The position numbers and the translations under genes were made by a program. The notes beneath the pieces were generated by a model, which made no database searches, was not told where the DNA came from, and worked only from the letters and a program-made list of their open reading frames with translations. Shown here in pieces: positions 20,322 through 31,199 of a DNA stretch of 64,000 nt; position 1 is the stretch's first letter, and each line of letters begins with the position of its first letter. The DNA comes from Nitrospinaceae bacterium (GTDB lineage Bacteria > Nitrospinota > Nitrospinia > Nitrospinales > Nitrospinaceae), in the NCBI GenBank assembly GCA_965223665.1, contig OZ245011.1, forward strand, positions 832,001 to 896,000. The letters run 5' to 3'.

Positions 20322-20834
20322 ATGACAAATCCTTTAACACATTTTAATGAAGAAGGTCGGGCAAAAATGGTGGATGTTACCGATAAGGGCACTACCGAGC
20401 GCATTGCTACCGCAGAAGGTACCGTCTACATGCAACCAGCAACACTTCAATTGATTACTGAAGGTCAAATAAAAAAGGGTGATGTTTTAGCGGTTGCTCA
20501 AGTTGCTGGAATTATGGGAGCAAAAAAGACCTCTGAAGTTATTCCAATGTGCCATCCTCTGGCTTTGACCTCAGTCGATATAAGTTTTAATAAAAATTCG
20601 ACTCCAGATGCCAAAACCGGCCTGGTATCAATCAAGGTGACAGCAACCGTAAAAGTGAAAAGTCAAACCGGAGTTGAAATGGAAGCTTTGACAGCGGTTT
20701 CGATGGCAGCTTTAACAATTTATGATATGTGTAAAGCTGTTGACAAAGGTATGGTTTTTAACCGGATTGGCTTGGTATTTAAAGCCGGTGGAAAATCAGG
20801 TACCTTCCAGCGTGAAAACGTAGCGGAGGTGTGA
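20322..20834 (+). CDS. moaC: Cyclic pyranopterin monophosphate synthase MoaC
   Basis: [49 protein letters not shown]. Confidence 0.97.
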   Translation: MTNPLTHFNEEGRAKMVDVTDKGTTERIATAEGTVYMQPATLQLITEGQIKKGDVLAVAQVAGIMGAKKTSEVIPMCHPLALTSVDISFNKNSTPDAKTGLVSIKVTATVKVKSQTGVEMEALTAVSMAALTIYDMCKAVDKGMVFNRIGLVFKAGGKSGTFQRENVAEV

Positions 20835-20836
20835 CT

Positions 20837-21088
20837 ATGATTACTGTAAAATATTTTGCAAGCTTAAAACAACTTGCGGGTAAGGATGAAGATCAATTTG
20901 ATATTGAAGGTGAAATTTCTGTTTCCAAACTTGGAGATTTAATTGGTCAATCTCTCCCCAAAGTCGGCGATATGTTAAAAGAAAAAAAAGTGATGATATC
21001 AGTAAATTATGATGTAGTTCCTCTGGATAGCATTGTTAAAGATGGAGACGAAGTTGCATTACTGCCGCCATTCTCAGGTGGTGTCTAA
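20837..21088 (+). CDS. moaD: Molybdopterin synthase sulfur carrier MoaD (ends GGV)
   Basis: ITVKYFASLK...SVNYD...DGDEVALLPPFSGGV; between moaC and moaE. ATG 20837 preferred over GTG 20831 by spacing from GGAGGT. Confidence 0.92.
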   Translation: MITVKYFASLKQLAGKDEDQFDIEGEISVSKLGDLIGQSLPKVGDMLKEKKVMISVNYDVVPLDSIVKDGDEVALLPPFSGGV

Positions 21089-21103
21089 AAAAGGAAGGAT
21101 ATA

Positions 21104-21541
21104 ATGAGCACGACTACCGATTCCAAAGTAAGAATTCAACGAGAAGACTTTTCGGTTACCGATGAAATTGAATTTATGAAAAAGTCTTCACAGAATATTG
21201 GTGGAATTTCCATTTTCTTAGGGACTGGGAGAGAACTCAATAAAGGGGAAAGTATATCTGAACTAAATTTTGAACATTATCCCCAAATGGCAGAAAAGAA
21301 ATTAGAAGAAATCAGGTTAAAAGCAATTAAGGATTTTGGAATCATCGATATGAGTATTATCCACCGAATAGGACATATTGATATTGGGGAAAATATTGTT
21401 TTAATCATTGCTTGCGGCGAACATAGACAGGAAGCATTTAAATCCTGTGAATGGGCTATTGCCGAATTAAAACGAACTACTCCTATATGGAAAAAAGAAA
21501 CCACCACCAAGGGAGAAGTTTGGGTTCAAGCGACACCTTAA
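21104..21541 (+). CDS. moaE: Molybdopterin synthase catalytic subunit MoaE
   Basis: FLGTGR, FEHYPQMA, IIHRIG, HRQEAF, LKRTTPIWKKE. Confidence 0.95.
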   Translation: MSTTTDSKVRIQREDFSVTDEIEFMKKSSQNIGGISIFLGTGRELNKGESISELNFEHYPQMAEKKLEEIRLKAIKDFGIIDMSIIHRIGHIDIGENIVLIIACGEHRQEAFKSCEWAIAELKRTTPIWKKETTTKGEVWVQATP

Positions 21542-21593
21542 ATATTTTCAAATTAGTTTTTCAATTTTGACTCTTCTCGTTCCATAACTTTCT

Positions 21594-24257
21594 ATGGACT
21601 CGCCCATACAGCTTGACCAACTGGTCCTAACGGCAAATTCTCGCCTATCTCGTTGGCTATTGTTACAATATAGTCAAACCCAAATCCAAAATAATCTTTC
21701 CATTTGGGAAACTCCCAATATTTTTTCTATAGATCATTGGCTTAATGAAACTTGGGTTCAATCATGGCCTGACAATTACCAAATCTCAAACCATCAATCC
21801 CTAAAACTTTGGGAACGTATCATAAAAAATGAATCTAAAAACAAAAAATGGGATTTATTGCATCTTCGAGGGGCAGCACAATTAGCGGCACAAGCTTATT
21901 CATTAATAATTAAGTACAGAGTTCCTGAATCAAAAGTAGACTTCGAATATACCGAGGAAACAAAAGCATTTTGGCATTGGAAATCAAATTATGAATTCCA
22001 ATTACGCAATCTTAAAGCCGTGGAACCAGCAACCTTAATGGATCTTATAAAACAAGATATGGAGCACGGTAAAATTTCCATTCCAAAAAAAATATGTTTT
22101 GCCGGCTTTGATGAAATAACTCCTCAACTCCAAGATTGGATAAATTACCTAATTTCTAAAAATGTAATTGTAAATTATTATCCCAGCCAACCAGACTTAA
22201 AAATCAAAGCCAATACAAATCTAAATCCATTATCAAAAAGAACAATTCAAAATTTTGATACCCAAAAACAGGAATGTAATCAATGTGCTCGTTGGGTTCG
22301 ATCAATATACAGGCCAGGAAAAACGATAGGAATTGTCGTTCCTGATTTGGCCAAATATGAAATAGACATTAAAGTTGAATTTCGTTCAGAACTGTTTCCA
22401 AAAATGGTTTTTCCATGGGAGAAAGGAGAGTTGCCCTTCAATATTTCTTTGGGCACATCTTTATCCAAAGAACCAATGATTCAAATTGCAGTTTTATTAA
22501 TTTCTCTTGACCAAGAGACTATCCCGTTTAATTCTTTATATTCGATTCTCACTAGTACCTATATAAAAGGAAGTAATGAATTCACTTTAAAAGTAAACAT
22601 TGATAAAAAATTAAGAAAAGAAAGAAGATTAATCATATCATTAAAATCTTTACAAAAAGAGTTCTTTGAACTCCCATCTAAATCGCAACAGGTATTTGAA
22701 TCAATAACTTCCTGGATTGGAAATAAAGGCTTCAATTTACCAAGTGTTTGGGCACAAAACTTCTCAGACCTTCTTAAAGGTCTAGGCTGGCCCTATGGGG
22801 ACAACTCAGAAAATTTCGACAATATTGCACTACTTGATGCGTGGAAAAATTGCTTAGAGGAACTTTCATCACTAGATTCTATTGAAAGTAAAATACCACG
22901 AAACCGTGCAGTTTCTATTTTAAAAATTATTATTGAAGAAAAAATTTATCAAACAAAATCACTTGAAGAATCCATTCAAATATTGGGAATTTTGGAATCA
23001 ACTGGAATGACTTTTGATTATTTATGGGTCATGGGACTTCATGCGGACACACTTCCTACGACACCCTATCCTAATCCGTTTATTCCGTTTCACTTGCAAA
23101 AATCACGAGATCTTCCCCATTCTTCACCGGAAAGAGAACAACGATATTCAGAAGAAATGTTGACTCGTTTGCTTAAATCTTCCCCCAATGTGGTTCTCAG
23201 TTATCCAATTTGGGATGCAGATACCCAGCTCCGAATTAGTCCGTTAATTGCTGATCTTGAAACCAACAATTCTTTTCCACAAACCCTAAAATCTCACAAA
23301 TTAATAAATAAATTAATAAAGCAAGATGAAACAATTTGGGAAAAGGACATTCCTAATATTCCTCTTTCAGATGAAGAGAAGAAAAATCTAAGGGGAGGCC
23401 ATTCAATTTTAAAAGACCAAGCCAAATGTCCTTTCCGCGCATTTGCCATCCATCGTCTGAAAATTAATTCCAGGGAAATGCCTATGGTTGATGCGGACTC
23501 ATTAATGAGAGGAAACCTGGTTCACAAATTATTAGAAAATTTTTGGAGAGAAGTTAAAAGTAGTGAAGCACTTTATAAATTGAACCAATCTAATATTTTA
23601 AATTCCAAAATAGAAAGAATTGTTGAAAAAACTATTAATGAAAAAACACATTTAACAAATCAAACTTTTTTTTCTGAATTAGAGCGTGACCGTTTAATTT
23701 CCCTTTTAGATGAATGGTTAATTCTAGAGCTACAAAGGGAACCTTTTACCGCCAAACATTTAGAGAATAGGACAAAAATAAATTTAAAGGGTTTAGAATT
23801 TAATTTACAAATTGATAGGGTAGATCAAACCGATACCGGTAAAAATATTTTAATTGATTATAAAACAGGAAACCCCAAAACAGATTGGTATCATACAAGA
23901 ATCCAGGAACCTCAAATACCCCTCTATACCTTGACCTCGGAGATCAAACCAGATGCTGTTTGTTTTGCAACCGTCAATAAAGGTAAAAACAAATTTCTAG
24001 GAATAAGTAAATCCAAAACTTTAATACCAGGATTAGATACCTTTAAATATACCAAACACATAGGACATGATACTTGGGAAAACCTTTTAAAAACCTGGGA
24101 AGCCAACCTAAATCAACTCACCGAGAACTTTATTAATGGAAATTATGAAATTGATCCCTGGAACTTAAACCAAACTTGTAGAAACTGTCATTTAAGTTCT
24201 TTTTGCAGAATAAACGAATTGGGAAACATAGATGACTCTGAGGAGGAAACCCATTGA
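21594..24257 (+). CDS. addB: AddB-like subunit: inactive helicase-like N-terminus + PD-(D/E)xK nuclease with Fe-S cysteines
   Basis: CPFRAFA, RGNLVH, IDRVD, LIDYKTG, PQIPLY, C-terminal CRNCHLSSFCR; overlaps the next gene. Confidence 0.8.
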   Translation: MDSPIQLDQLVLTANSRLSRWLLLQYSQTQIQNNLSIWETPNIFSIDHWLNETWVQSWPDNYQISNHQSLKLWERIIKNESKNKKWDLLHLRGAAQLAAQAYSLIIKYRVPESKVDFEYTEETKAFWHWKSNYEFQLRNLKAVEPATLMDLIKQDMEHGKISIPKKICFAGFDEITPQLQDWINYLISKNVIVNYYPSQPDLKIKANTNLNPLSKRTIQNFDTQKQECNQCARWVRSIYRPGKTIGIVVPDLAKYEIDIKVEFRSELFPKMVFPWEKGELPFNISLGTSLSKEPMIQIAVLLISLDQETIPFNSLYSILTSTYIKGSNEFTLKVNIDKKLRKERRLIISLKSLQKEFFELPSKSQQVFESITSWIGNKGFNLPSVWAQNFSDLLKGLGWPYGDNSENFDNIALLDAWKNCLEELSSLDSIESKIPRNRAVSILKIIIEEKIYQTKSLEESIQILGILESTGMTFDYLWVMGLHADTLPTTPYPNPFIPFHLQKSRDLPHSSPEREQRYSEEMLTRLLKSSPNVVLSYPIWDADTQLRISPLIADLETNNSFPQTLKSHKLINKLIKQDETIWEKDIPNIPLSDEEKKNLRGGHSILKDQAKCPFRAFAIHRLKINSREMPMVDADSLMRGNLVHKLLENFWREVKSSEALYKLNQSNILNSKIERIVEKTINEKTHLTNQTFFSELERDRLISLLDEWLILELQREPFTAKHLENRTKINLKGLEFNLQIDRVDQTDTGKNILIDYKTGNPKTDWYHTRIQEPQIPLYTLTSEIKPDAVCFATVNKGKNKFLGISKSKTLIPGLDTFKYTKHIGHDTWENLLKTWEANLNQLTENFINGNYEIDPWNLNQTCRNCHLSSFCRINELGNIDDSEEETH

Positions 24258-27200
24258 TGGAAATCCAAGACTTATCTGCAAGAAAGCAAGCTTTGGAGGT
24301 AGAAAACTCATTTTTAATTCAGGCCCCTGCAGGATCCGGAAAAACAGAATTATTAATCCAAAGGTACCTCAGTTTATTGTCAAAAGTTCAAAAGCCAGAA
24401 CATATACTAGCCATGACCTTTACCCGAAAAGCAGCAGCTGAAATGCGAAATCGAATTTTTAACGCGTTAGAGCGAGGCAAAGATACAAATGAGCCTAATA
24501 AAGAACATGAACGTTTAACCTGGACACTTGCCAGGTCAGCATTAAACCAAAACCAAAAAATGAAATGGGGATTGTTAAATAATCCTGCAAGACTCAGAAT
24601 TCAAACAATCGATTCTTTTTGTGCATCTCTCACTAAACAAATCCCATTATTAACAGGAATCGGCAGTTCCCTAACTGTTCAAGAGGATTCATCATCTCTC
24701 TATCTTGAAGCTGCCCGAAAATCTTTAGAACTAATCGAAAACAACAGCCCAGAGGGTGAAAAATTACGCTCTATTTTAAAGCGGTTAGATAATTCAAAGG
24801 AAGGGTTCATCAAAAGATTTTTTCAACTTCTTCAAAAAAGAGATCAATGGATGATTAATTTTTCTGAAGATTGGCAAGAATCCCCTAACAAAATTGATCA
24901 GGAAAATTTATTAAAAGATCTTATTGAGTCAGACTTAAAAAAATGCTATTTGGCTTTTCCCAAGAATATCGTTAAGGAATTGCCACCTTTAGCTGCTTAT
25001 TGTGGAAATAATTTAAATTTAGAAAACTCTGATGATCCTAGGTCTCACTTAAAGGATATTAACGAATTTCCGGAACCCACCATAATTAATCTGAAGATTT
25101 GGAAAGGCATGGGTCATTTACTTATTACTAATAGTGACCACAAAATCAGGAAACCAGGTGGTGTAAATAAAAACACAGGTTTCCCATCCACAAACTCATC
25201 AATTGCTAAAAGGAATAAAGAACTATTTCAAGGAATTCTGGAAAGCCTTCAAGAAAATCATTACCTTGAAAAAAATCTTTTTAAAGTAACTCAATTGCCA
25301 GATCCTGAATATTCTTTACTGGATTGGAAATTTTTAGAAACTATTTGGCAGGTGTTTCCAATTCTCTCTAATACATTACGCACCGTTTTTAAAGAAAAGG
25401 GTCTAACAGATTTTTCAGAATTGGCTTTGTCGGCAATAAAAGCTTTGGGAAGTGATCAAGTACCTACAGATCTTTTATTAAAATTAGATATGCAGATTCA
25501 TCATATTTTAGTAGATGAATTTCAAGATACTTCTTTTAAACAATTAGAGCTCTTGAAAAAACTAACTCTGGAGTGGACCCCTGATGAATGGAGAACTTTA
25601 TTCATTGTGGGAGATCCCATGCAATCTATTTTTAGATTTCGTGATGCAGAAGTTGGCTTATTTTTAAAAATCCGTAAAGATGGAATAAATAATATTAATT
25701 TAAAATATTTACAACTTACTTCCAATTTTCGTTCTCAGGAAGGAATCGTCAATTGGGTTAATAATTGTTTTTCAAAAATTTTTCCTGATAAAGATGACCC
25801 GGATCGAGGTGCAATTGCCTTTAACAAATCCACTGTTGTAAATCCCAAATTAGAAAGCCTGCCTGTCATATACAACTCAATAACAGACACCCAAAATAAT
25901 GAAGAAGCTCTTAAAATAATTACTATTTTAGATAAAATAAAATCGAAAAATCCAAATGACTCCGTTGCCATTCTTGTTAGGGCAAGGCCACACCTTCTGA
26001 ATATAGTTTCCGAATTAAAAAAAGCCGGAATACCTTACCAGGCAGAGGAAATTGACCCTTTAACCCAACGTCCAGAAATAATTGATTTACTTTCTTTACT
26101 TAGAGCTTTAATTGATCCAATGGATAAATTAGCATGGCTTTCAATTTTAAGAGCCCCTTGGTGCGGCTTAACACTTAAGGACTTGTGGATTCTTTGTAAC
26201 CATGGCAAAGACACTCCACTTTGGATAGCATTAAATTCTAATTCTATACTTTCGAAACTCAGTCAAGACGGACAGCAACGCATTCTTCGATTAATCCAAC
26301 CATTTCAAAAAGTAAAGAATCATTGTCAAAATTCGAATTTCAGAGATATTCTCGAGGGTACGTGGATTGCTTTGGGTGGACCTTCTTGCATTCCCTCCAA
26401 TACAATTGATGATGTAAATGTATTTTTTGACAAAGTGGATGAAACTCTTTTGAATGAAGGCTTGAATGGGCTTTTTAATTTTGAGCCAAAACTAGAGAAT
26501 TTGTTTGCAAGCCCAAAAACAGGAGAGGAAAATTCCATAAAAATCATGACCATGCATAAAGCCAAAGGATTGGAGTTTGATCATGTAATTTTACCGGGTC
26601 TGGGAAAACAGCCTAGAAAAGAAGAAAAACGACTTCTACATTGGTTAACTCATGGAGATCACCTTCTATTGGCCCCTATTCACGAGGCGGGTGAAAAAGA
26701 ATCATCAATTTATAATTATTTAAATCAACTTAATAATGATAGAAATTATCATGAAACAAAACGCCTTCTTTACGTGGCAACAACTCGTGCCAGAAAATAC
26801 CTTTATTTATTTGGATACATTAATATGAACAAAGATGGAACATGCAAACCTGCATCGGGTTCCTTAATAAGCCATCTTTGGCCTTTTATTTCAGATTCCT
26901 GGAAAGTAAACACACCATTTTCTTCTATAGATGAAGTTTCTTTTAATCCAAAGGAAAAAAGTATTTCTTTTAGGCGCCTTCCAATCACATTTAACCTACC
27001 GAATCCTTTCGAAGAAATAAAAACAGATTTTTCCAGTGAATTAGTACTGGACAATCCATCGAATGATATAGAAAAACAACCTATATATGAATGGGTCGGT
27101 CATCAATCACGATGTTTGGGAATTATTTTGCATCGTTGCTTTAAGGAAATGGGTGAAATGGGATTAGATATATGGGAAAAATCAAATTTAAATGATATTG

Positions 27201-27631
27201 AACATAAAATTGCCATTGCCCTCCAGGGAGAAGGGTTGTCTTCTCAAGAAGCAATAATTTGGGCACGAAAAGGAAAACGTGCAATAGAGTCTTCTTTGAT
27301 GGATGAAAAGGCAAAATGGATTTTCAAAAAACATAAAGACAGTCACTCTGAGTATGCATTGAGTTTTTATAAAAATAACGTGTTCACAAACAAAATTATT
27401 GACCGTACCTTTATTGATGAAAATAATGTTCGGTGGATCATTGACTTTAAAACTGGGGAGCACATGGGCACGGATATAGAGATTTTTTTAGACCGAGAAT
27501 GTCAACGACACCGTTCTCAATTGGAACAATATGAGACTATGATTCGTTTGCGAGGGGAAAAACTTCCAATCAAAAAAGCTTTATATTTCCCCATTTATCA
27601 ACGTTTAATGGAAATTCCTCCCAATAATTAA
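24254..27631 (+). CDS. addA: AddA-like UvrD-family helicase with C-terminal RecB-type nuclease
   Basis: APAGSGKT, TFTRKAA, VDEFQDTS, VGDPMQSIFRFR, TMHKAKGLEFD, YVATTRAR, IDRTF..IIDFKTG. Confidence 0.85.
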   Translation: MMEIQDLSARKQALEVENSFLIQAPAGSGKTELLIQRYLSLLSKVQKPEHILAMTFTRKAAAEMRNRIFNALERGKDTNEPNKEHERLTWTLARSALNQNQKMKWGLLNNPARLRIQTIDSFCASLTKQIPLLTGIGSSLTVQEDSSSLYLEAARKSLELIENNSPEGEKLRSILKRLDNSKEGFIKRFFQLLQKRDQWMINFSEDWQESPNKIDQENLLKDLIESDLKKCYLAFPKNIVKELPPLAAYCGNNLNLENSDDPRSHLKDINEFPEPTIINLKIWKGMGHLLITNSDHKIRKPGGVNKNTGFPSTNSSIAKRNKELFQGILESLQENHYLEKNLFKVTQLPDPEYSLLDWKFLETIWQVFPILSNTLRTVFKEKGLTDFSELALSAIKALGSDQVPTDLLLKLDMQIHHILVDEFQDTSFKQLELLKKLTLEWTPDEWRTLFIVGDPMQSIFRFRDAEVGLFLKIRKDGINNINLKYLQLTSNFRSQEGIVNWVNNCFSKIFPDKDDPDRGAIAFNKSTVVNPKLESLPVIYNSITDTQNNEEALKIITILDKIKSKNPNDSVAILVRARPHLLNIVSELKKAGIPYQAEEIDPLTQRPEIIDLLSLLRALIDPMDKLAWLSILRAPWCGLTLKDLWILCNHGKDTPLWIALNSNSILSKLSQDGQQRILRLIQPFQKVKNHCQNSNFRDILEGTWIALGGPSCIPSNTIDDVNVFFDKVDETLLNEGLNGLFNFEPKLENLFASPKTGEENSIKIMTMHKAKGLEFDHVILPGLGKQPRKEEKRLLHWLTHGDHLLLAPIHEAGEKESSIYNYLNQLNNDRNYHETKRLLYVATTRARKYLYLFGYINMNKDGTCKPASGSLISHLWPFISDSWKVNTPFSSIDEVSFNPKEKSISFRRLPITFNLPNPFEEIKTDFSSELVLDNPSNDIEKQPIYEWVGHQSRCLGIILHRCFKEMGEMGLDIWEKSNLNDIEHKIAIALQGEGLSSQEAIIWARKGKRAIESSLMDEKAKWIFKKHKDSHSEYALSFYKNNVFTNKIIDRTFIDENNVRWIIDFKTGEHMGTDIEIFLDRECQRHRSQLEQYETMIRLRGEKLPIKKALYFPIYQRLMEIPPNN

Positions 27632-27789
27632 AATTGTTTTTTATTTTTAACCTCTGAAAATCATCAAATATAAATAAACCTCAAAACAAAATTTTTATTT
27701 TCTTAAAATCATTGGTTTTCCCCTACTTTTGATACTTCCTTCACTTTTGCAAAACAATTTACTCAAAAATTTCCAATTAAAATTCCAAA

Positions 27790-27805
27790 TGGAATAAATA
27801 TTGCT
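27790..27805 (+). promoter_or_regulatory. Putative sigma54 (-24/-12) promoter for 27911 gene
   Basis: TGGAATAAATATTGCT = TGG-N10-GC with TTGCT at -12, about 105 nt upstream of ATG. Confidence 0.55.
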
Positions 27806-27910
27806 TCTAAAGACGAAGTATCGCGTATCTCCCGTTTTAGGAGTTAGCACCCGCATTTATATTTCTCACTCCGAACGGTTTATAAATATATTCCAAAAAG
27901 GAATGAGATA

Positions 27911-28342
27911 ATGCGCCAATTTATTTTTTATGTTTTACTAATTTTTGTCATCTTTGGCATTCCACAATTTGCAAATGCAACTAAAAATCAATTTCATCCA
28001 GAGCCCGAAATAAGTACTCACTTTAGTTGGTATACAGAATCAAATGGTATGCTAACAATAGGTTATGACTTAAACCACAATGGCAAACCAGATTTTTTTA
28101 CGGTTCGAATTGTTCGTTGTCATTTTTTCTCAAAAGATAATTTAATAACAGTTGCGCACAATTATCCGGGAACTCCTGTATTCAAAGTAAATTATGGAGC
28201 CGCAAACCATTATTATATAGCCACTCGACATCCCTTAATTTATGCTTTAGATCTTAACGAAGATGGTTTTTGGGATCTTTCCAGGAAAGATATTAACGAA
28301 GATGGGTGGAACGGAAATGAAGAATTAAACGAATTAAGGTAA
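27911..28342 (+). CDS. Small secreted hypothetical protein with Dx(D/N)xDG calcium-binding-like motifs
   Basis: Signal peptide ending FANA; DLNHNGKPD, DLNEDGFWD, DINEDGWNG; AAGGA RBS. Confidence 0.75.
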   Translation: MRQFIFYVLLIFVIFGIPQFANATKNQFHPEPEISTHFSWYTESNGMLTIGYDLNHNGKPDFFTVRIVRCHFFSKDNLITVAHNYPGTPVFKVNYGAANHYYIATRHPLIYALDLNEDGFWDLSRKDINEDGWNGNEELNELR

Positions 28343-28391
28343 GATTTTTTAAGAGTTATTATTTAATTAAACTCTCTCCCTATTGATGAAC

Positions 28392-28429
28392 AAAAAAACA
28401 GGAAGAGACTGCGTTAAATCTCTTCCTGT
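28392..28429 (-). terminator. Intrinsic terminator of clpB
   Basis: ACAGGAAGAGA/TCTCTTCCTGT perfect 11-bp stem followed by a U-run on the minus strand. Confidence 0.85.
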
Positions 28430-28454
28430 CCAGTCGGAACACTTAAAACCCGAT

Positions 28455-31085
28455 TTATGTGCTCTTTATAAACTCTATTTTATTATCAATTTTTTTCACT
28501 TTAATATGTTCGCCATCCACAAATTCATCTTCCAAAATTTTCATTGAAAGAGGATCTTGTAAATACTTTTGAATTGCCCGTTTTAATGGACGTGCTCCAA
28601 AAACAGGATCAAAGCCCTTTTCTGCCAACAAATCTTTAACTTCATCCTCCAATTCTAACGTCATCCGTCTCTCTGCAAGGCGATTCCTCAAATCTCTTAA
28701 TTGAATATCTACAATTTCCTTAATTTGGATTTTGGTTAAACTTCTAAAAATAATTACATCATCTATACGATTCAAAAATTCTGGTCGAAAATGATTTCGG
28801 AGTTCTTGGCGCACTGCTTCTTGAATTCGATCGTAATTTTGATCCATCATTTCTTCATCAGCATTGGTTAATTCACTAATTTGAAGACCAGCTTCCTGAA
28901 TCAATTTACCCGCAATATTAGAAGTCATTAATATTACGGTGTTTTTAAAATCTACCGTTTTACCATGTCCGTCCGTCAATCGACCTTCATCCAAAATTTG
29001 CAAAAATAAATTGAATACATCTCCGTGAGCTTTTTCAATTTCGTCAAACAGGATTACAGAATATGGGCGACGGCGAATATGCTCGGTTAAATATCCACCC
29101 TCCTCATATCCCACATAACCTGGGGGAGCGCCAATTAAACGTGCCACAGAGTGCTTCTCCATAAACTCTGACATATCGAGTCTCACCATGGCTTGTGTAT
29201 CATCAAAAAGAAACTCGGCTAATGAACGAGCTAATTGCGTTTTACCCACTCCTGTAGGACCAAGAAATAAAAAACTTCCTATTGGACGATTTGGATCTTG
29301 CAGACCAGCGCGTGCCCTTCGAATCGCATTGGATACCAATTCAACCGCTTCATCCTGACCCACTACCTGTTCTTTAATTTTTTCTTCCATGGATACTAAC
29401 CGCTTCTTCTCAGACTGAAGCATTTTCTCTACAGGGATTCCAGTCCATCGTGACAAAATGGTTGAGATTTCTTCCTCACCCACTTCCTCATTTAGCATTT
29501 TTTTATGGGTCTGCACTTTAGTCAGATGCTTTTGTAAATCTTCCAATTCTTGAGTTAAACGCGGAAGAGTTCCATACTTTAACTCTGCAGCTTGCTCTAA
29601 TTGCCCTTCCCTCTCTGCCTTAACTGATTCTCGACGGGCCTGCTCAATTTTTTCTTTTAAACTACGTTTTTCAGAGATTACCTTTTTCTCGTTTTCCCAT
29701 TGGCTCTTCATTGAATCACAGGAAGATTTTAATTCTAGTATTTCCTTATCAATATTAGAAAGACGTATTTGTGATTCTTTATCAGATTCTCTCTTAAGCG
29801 CTTCACGCTCAATTTCAAGTTGGGTAATTTTTCTTTGGTATTCGTCAATTTCTGCTGGAAGTGAATCGATTTGCATTCGTAAACTTGAGGCCGCCTCATC
29901 GATTAGATCAATGGCTTTGTCAGGTAAAAACCTATCAGATATATATCGACTGGAAAGTTTAGCTGCAGCTAGAATTGCCGCATCCTGAATTCGAACCCCA
30001 TGATGAATTTCATATTTCTCTTTTAAACCTCGAAGAATTGACACTGTATCTTCCACTGTAGGTTCCCCCACACGCACAGGCTGAAATCGACGTTCTAGTG
30101 CAGCATCTTTTTCAACGTATTTTCGGTACTCATTCAAAGTGGTAGCACCCACACAATGCAATTCACCCCTTGCCAAAGCCGGTTTTAACATATTTGAGGC
30201 ATCCATAGATCCCTCTGTTGAGCCTGCCCCAACCAACGTATGTAATTCATCAATGAAAAGAATAAATTTCCCTTCGCTGCGGTTTATTTCTTTTAATACC
30301 GCTTTCAATCTATCTTCAAATTCACCTCTATATTTCGTTCCAGCAACCAAAGCCGCCAAATCTAAAGCAATTATGCTTTTATCTTTCAATCCTTCAGGAA
30401 CGTCACCATGAACCATTCGCTGGGCCAAACCTTCAACAATAGCTGTTTTACCCACACCGGGCTCACCAATTAAAACCGGATTATTTTTTGTCCGCCGGGA
30501 TAATACTTGAATGACTCTACGAATCTCAGTGTCTCGACCAATAACAGGATCTATTTTTCCAGACCTGGCTTTTTCGGTAACGTCAATACAATATTTATCC
30601 AGGACTTGATATTTACTTTCTGGATTTTGGTCTGTCACTCTTTGACTGCCTCTAACCGCCACCAGTGCTTTCAACAAATTTTCACGCTTAATGTTATAAG
30701 ACTTTAAAATTTTTCCTGCTGACGTATTTTGATCCTGAGAAATGGCTAAAAGAATGTGTTCACCATTAACAAATTCATCTTTAATTTGTTGAGCTTCCTT
30801 AAAAGCAAGATCTATTACTTTTTTTAATTCACTTGAAATATGAACTTGGAAATTACTACTTTCGACTTTTGGAAAGGTCTCTATTTTTTCTTTTAGATCG
30901 TTTATTATGAGATTTGGATCAGAACCTACTTTTTTTATTAGAGCAGGAACAATCCCTTCCCCATCTTTAATTAAAGAAAAAAGAAGATGATCGCACTCCA
31001 TACCTTGATGGTTTTTTTCTTCACAAAATGATTGAGCTGCTGCCAATGCTTCTTGAAGTTTTATGGTAAGACGATCAAATCTCAT
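28455..31085 (-). CDS. clpB: ATP-dependent disaggregase ClpB
   Basis: N-domain, NBD1 GEPGVGKT, long coiled-coil M-domain (AAELKYG), NBD2 [27 protein letters not shown]. Confidence 0.97.
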   Translation of the reverse strand: MRFDRLTIKLQEALAAAQSFCEEKNHQGMECDHLLFSLIKDGEGIVPALIKKVGSDPNLIINDLKEKIETFPKVESSNFQVHISSELKKVIDLAFKEAQQIKDEFVNGEHILLAISQDQNTSAGKILKSYNIKRENLLKALVAVRGSQRVTDQNPESKYQVLDKYCIDVTEKARSGKIDPVIGRDTEIRRVIQVLSRRTKNNPVLIGEPGVGKTAIVEGLAQRMVHGDVPEGLKDKSIIALDLAALVAGTKYRGEFEDRLKAVLKEINRSEGKFILFIDELHTLVGAGSTEGSMDASNMLKPALARGELHCVGATTLNEYRKYVEKDAALERRFQPVRVGEPTVEDTVSILRGLKEKYEIHHGVRIQDAAILAAAKLSSRYISDRFLPDKAIDLIDEAASSLRMQIDSLPAEIDEYQRKITQLEIEREALKRESDKESQIRLSNIDKEILELKSSCDSMKSQWENEKKVISEKRSLKEKIEQARRESVKAEREGQLEQAAELKYGTLPRLTQELEDLQKHLTKVQTHKKMLNEEVGEEEISTILSRWTGIPVEKMLQSEKKRLVSMEEKIKEQVVGQDEAVELVSNAIRRARAGLQDPNRPIGSFLFLGPTGVGKTQLARSLAEFLFDDTQAMVRLDMSEFMEKHSVARLIGAPPGYVGYEEGGYLTEHIRRRPYSVILFDEIEKAHGDVFNLFLQILDEGRLTDGHGKTVDFKNTVILMTSNIAGKLIQEAGLQISELTNADEEMMDQNYDRIQEAVRQELRNHFRPEFLNRIDDVIIFRSLTKIQIKEIVDIQLRDLRNRLAERRMTLELEDEVKDLLAEKGFDPVFGARPLKRAIQKYLQDPLSMKILEDEFVDGEHIKVKKIDNKIEFIKST

Positions 31086-31133
31086 AATAATTCCCCCAAA
31101 TCAAAGTTTCATTTACACCTAAATTAGATAAAA

Positions 31134-31154
31134 CTTGAATAGGCCTGAGTCAAG
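31134..31154. promoter_or_regulatory. HAIR-like (HspR) operator overlapping the clpB -35 box
   Basis: CTTGAAT-N7-AGTCAAG versus consensus CTTGAGT-N7-ACTCAAG (one mismatch per arm), about 50 nt upstream of ATG; contains TTGACT on the minus strand. Confidence 0.65.
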
Positions 31155-31199
31155 GCAAGGGAAAAATTATTTTTAGAAAAAAAGGAAGGAAGGGATAAA

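Noticed and set aside
21594-27631. Nuclease + helicase pair as a novel anti-phage defence system
   Set aside because: Architecture (Fe-S PD-(D/E)xK subunit plus UvrD helicase-nuclease) and housekeeping context fit ordinary AddAB-type recombinational repair.
27844-27870. CIRCE element (TTAGCACCC...)
   Set aside because: Only an imperfect left arm; no GAGTGCTAA right arm after 9 nt, and not upstream of a chaperone gene.
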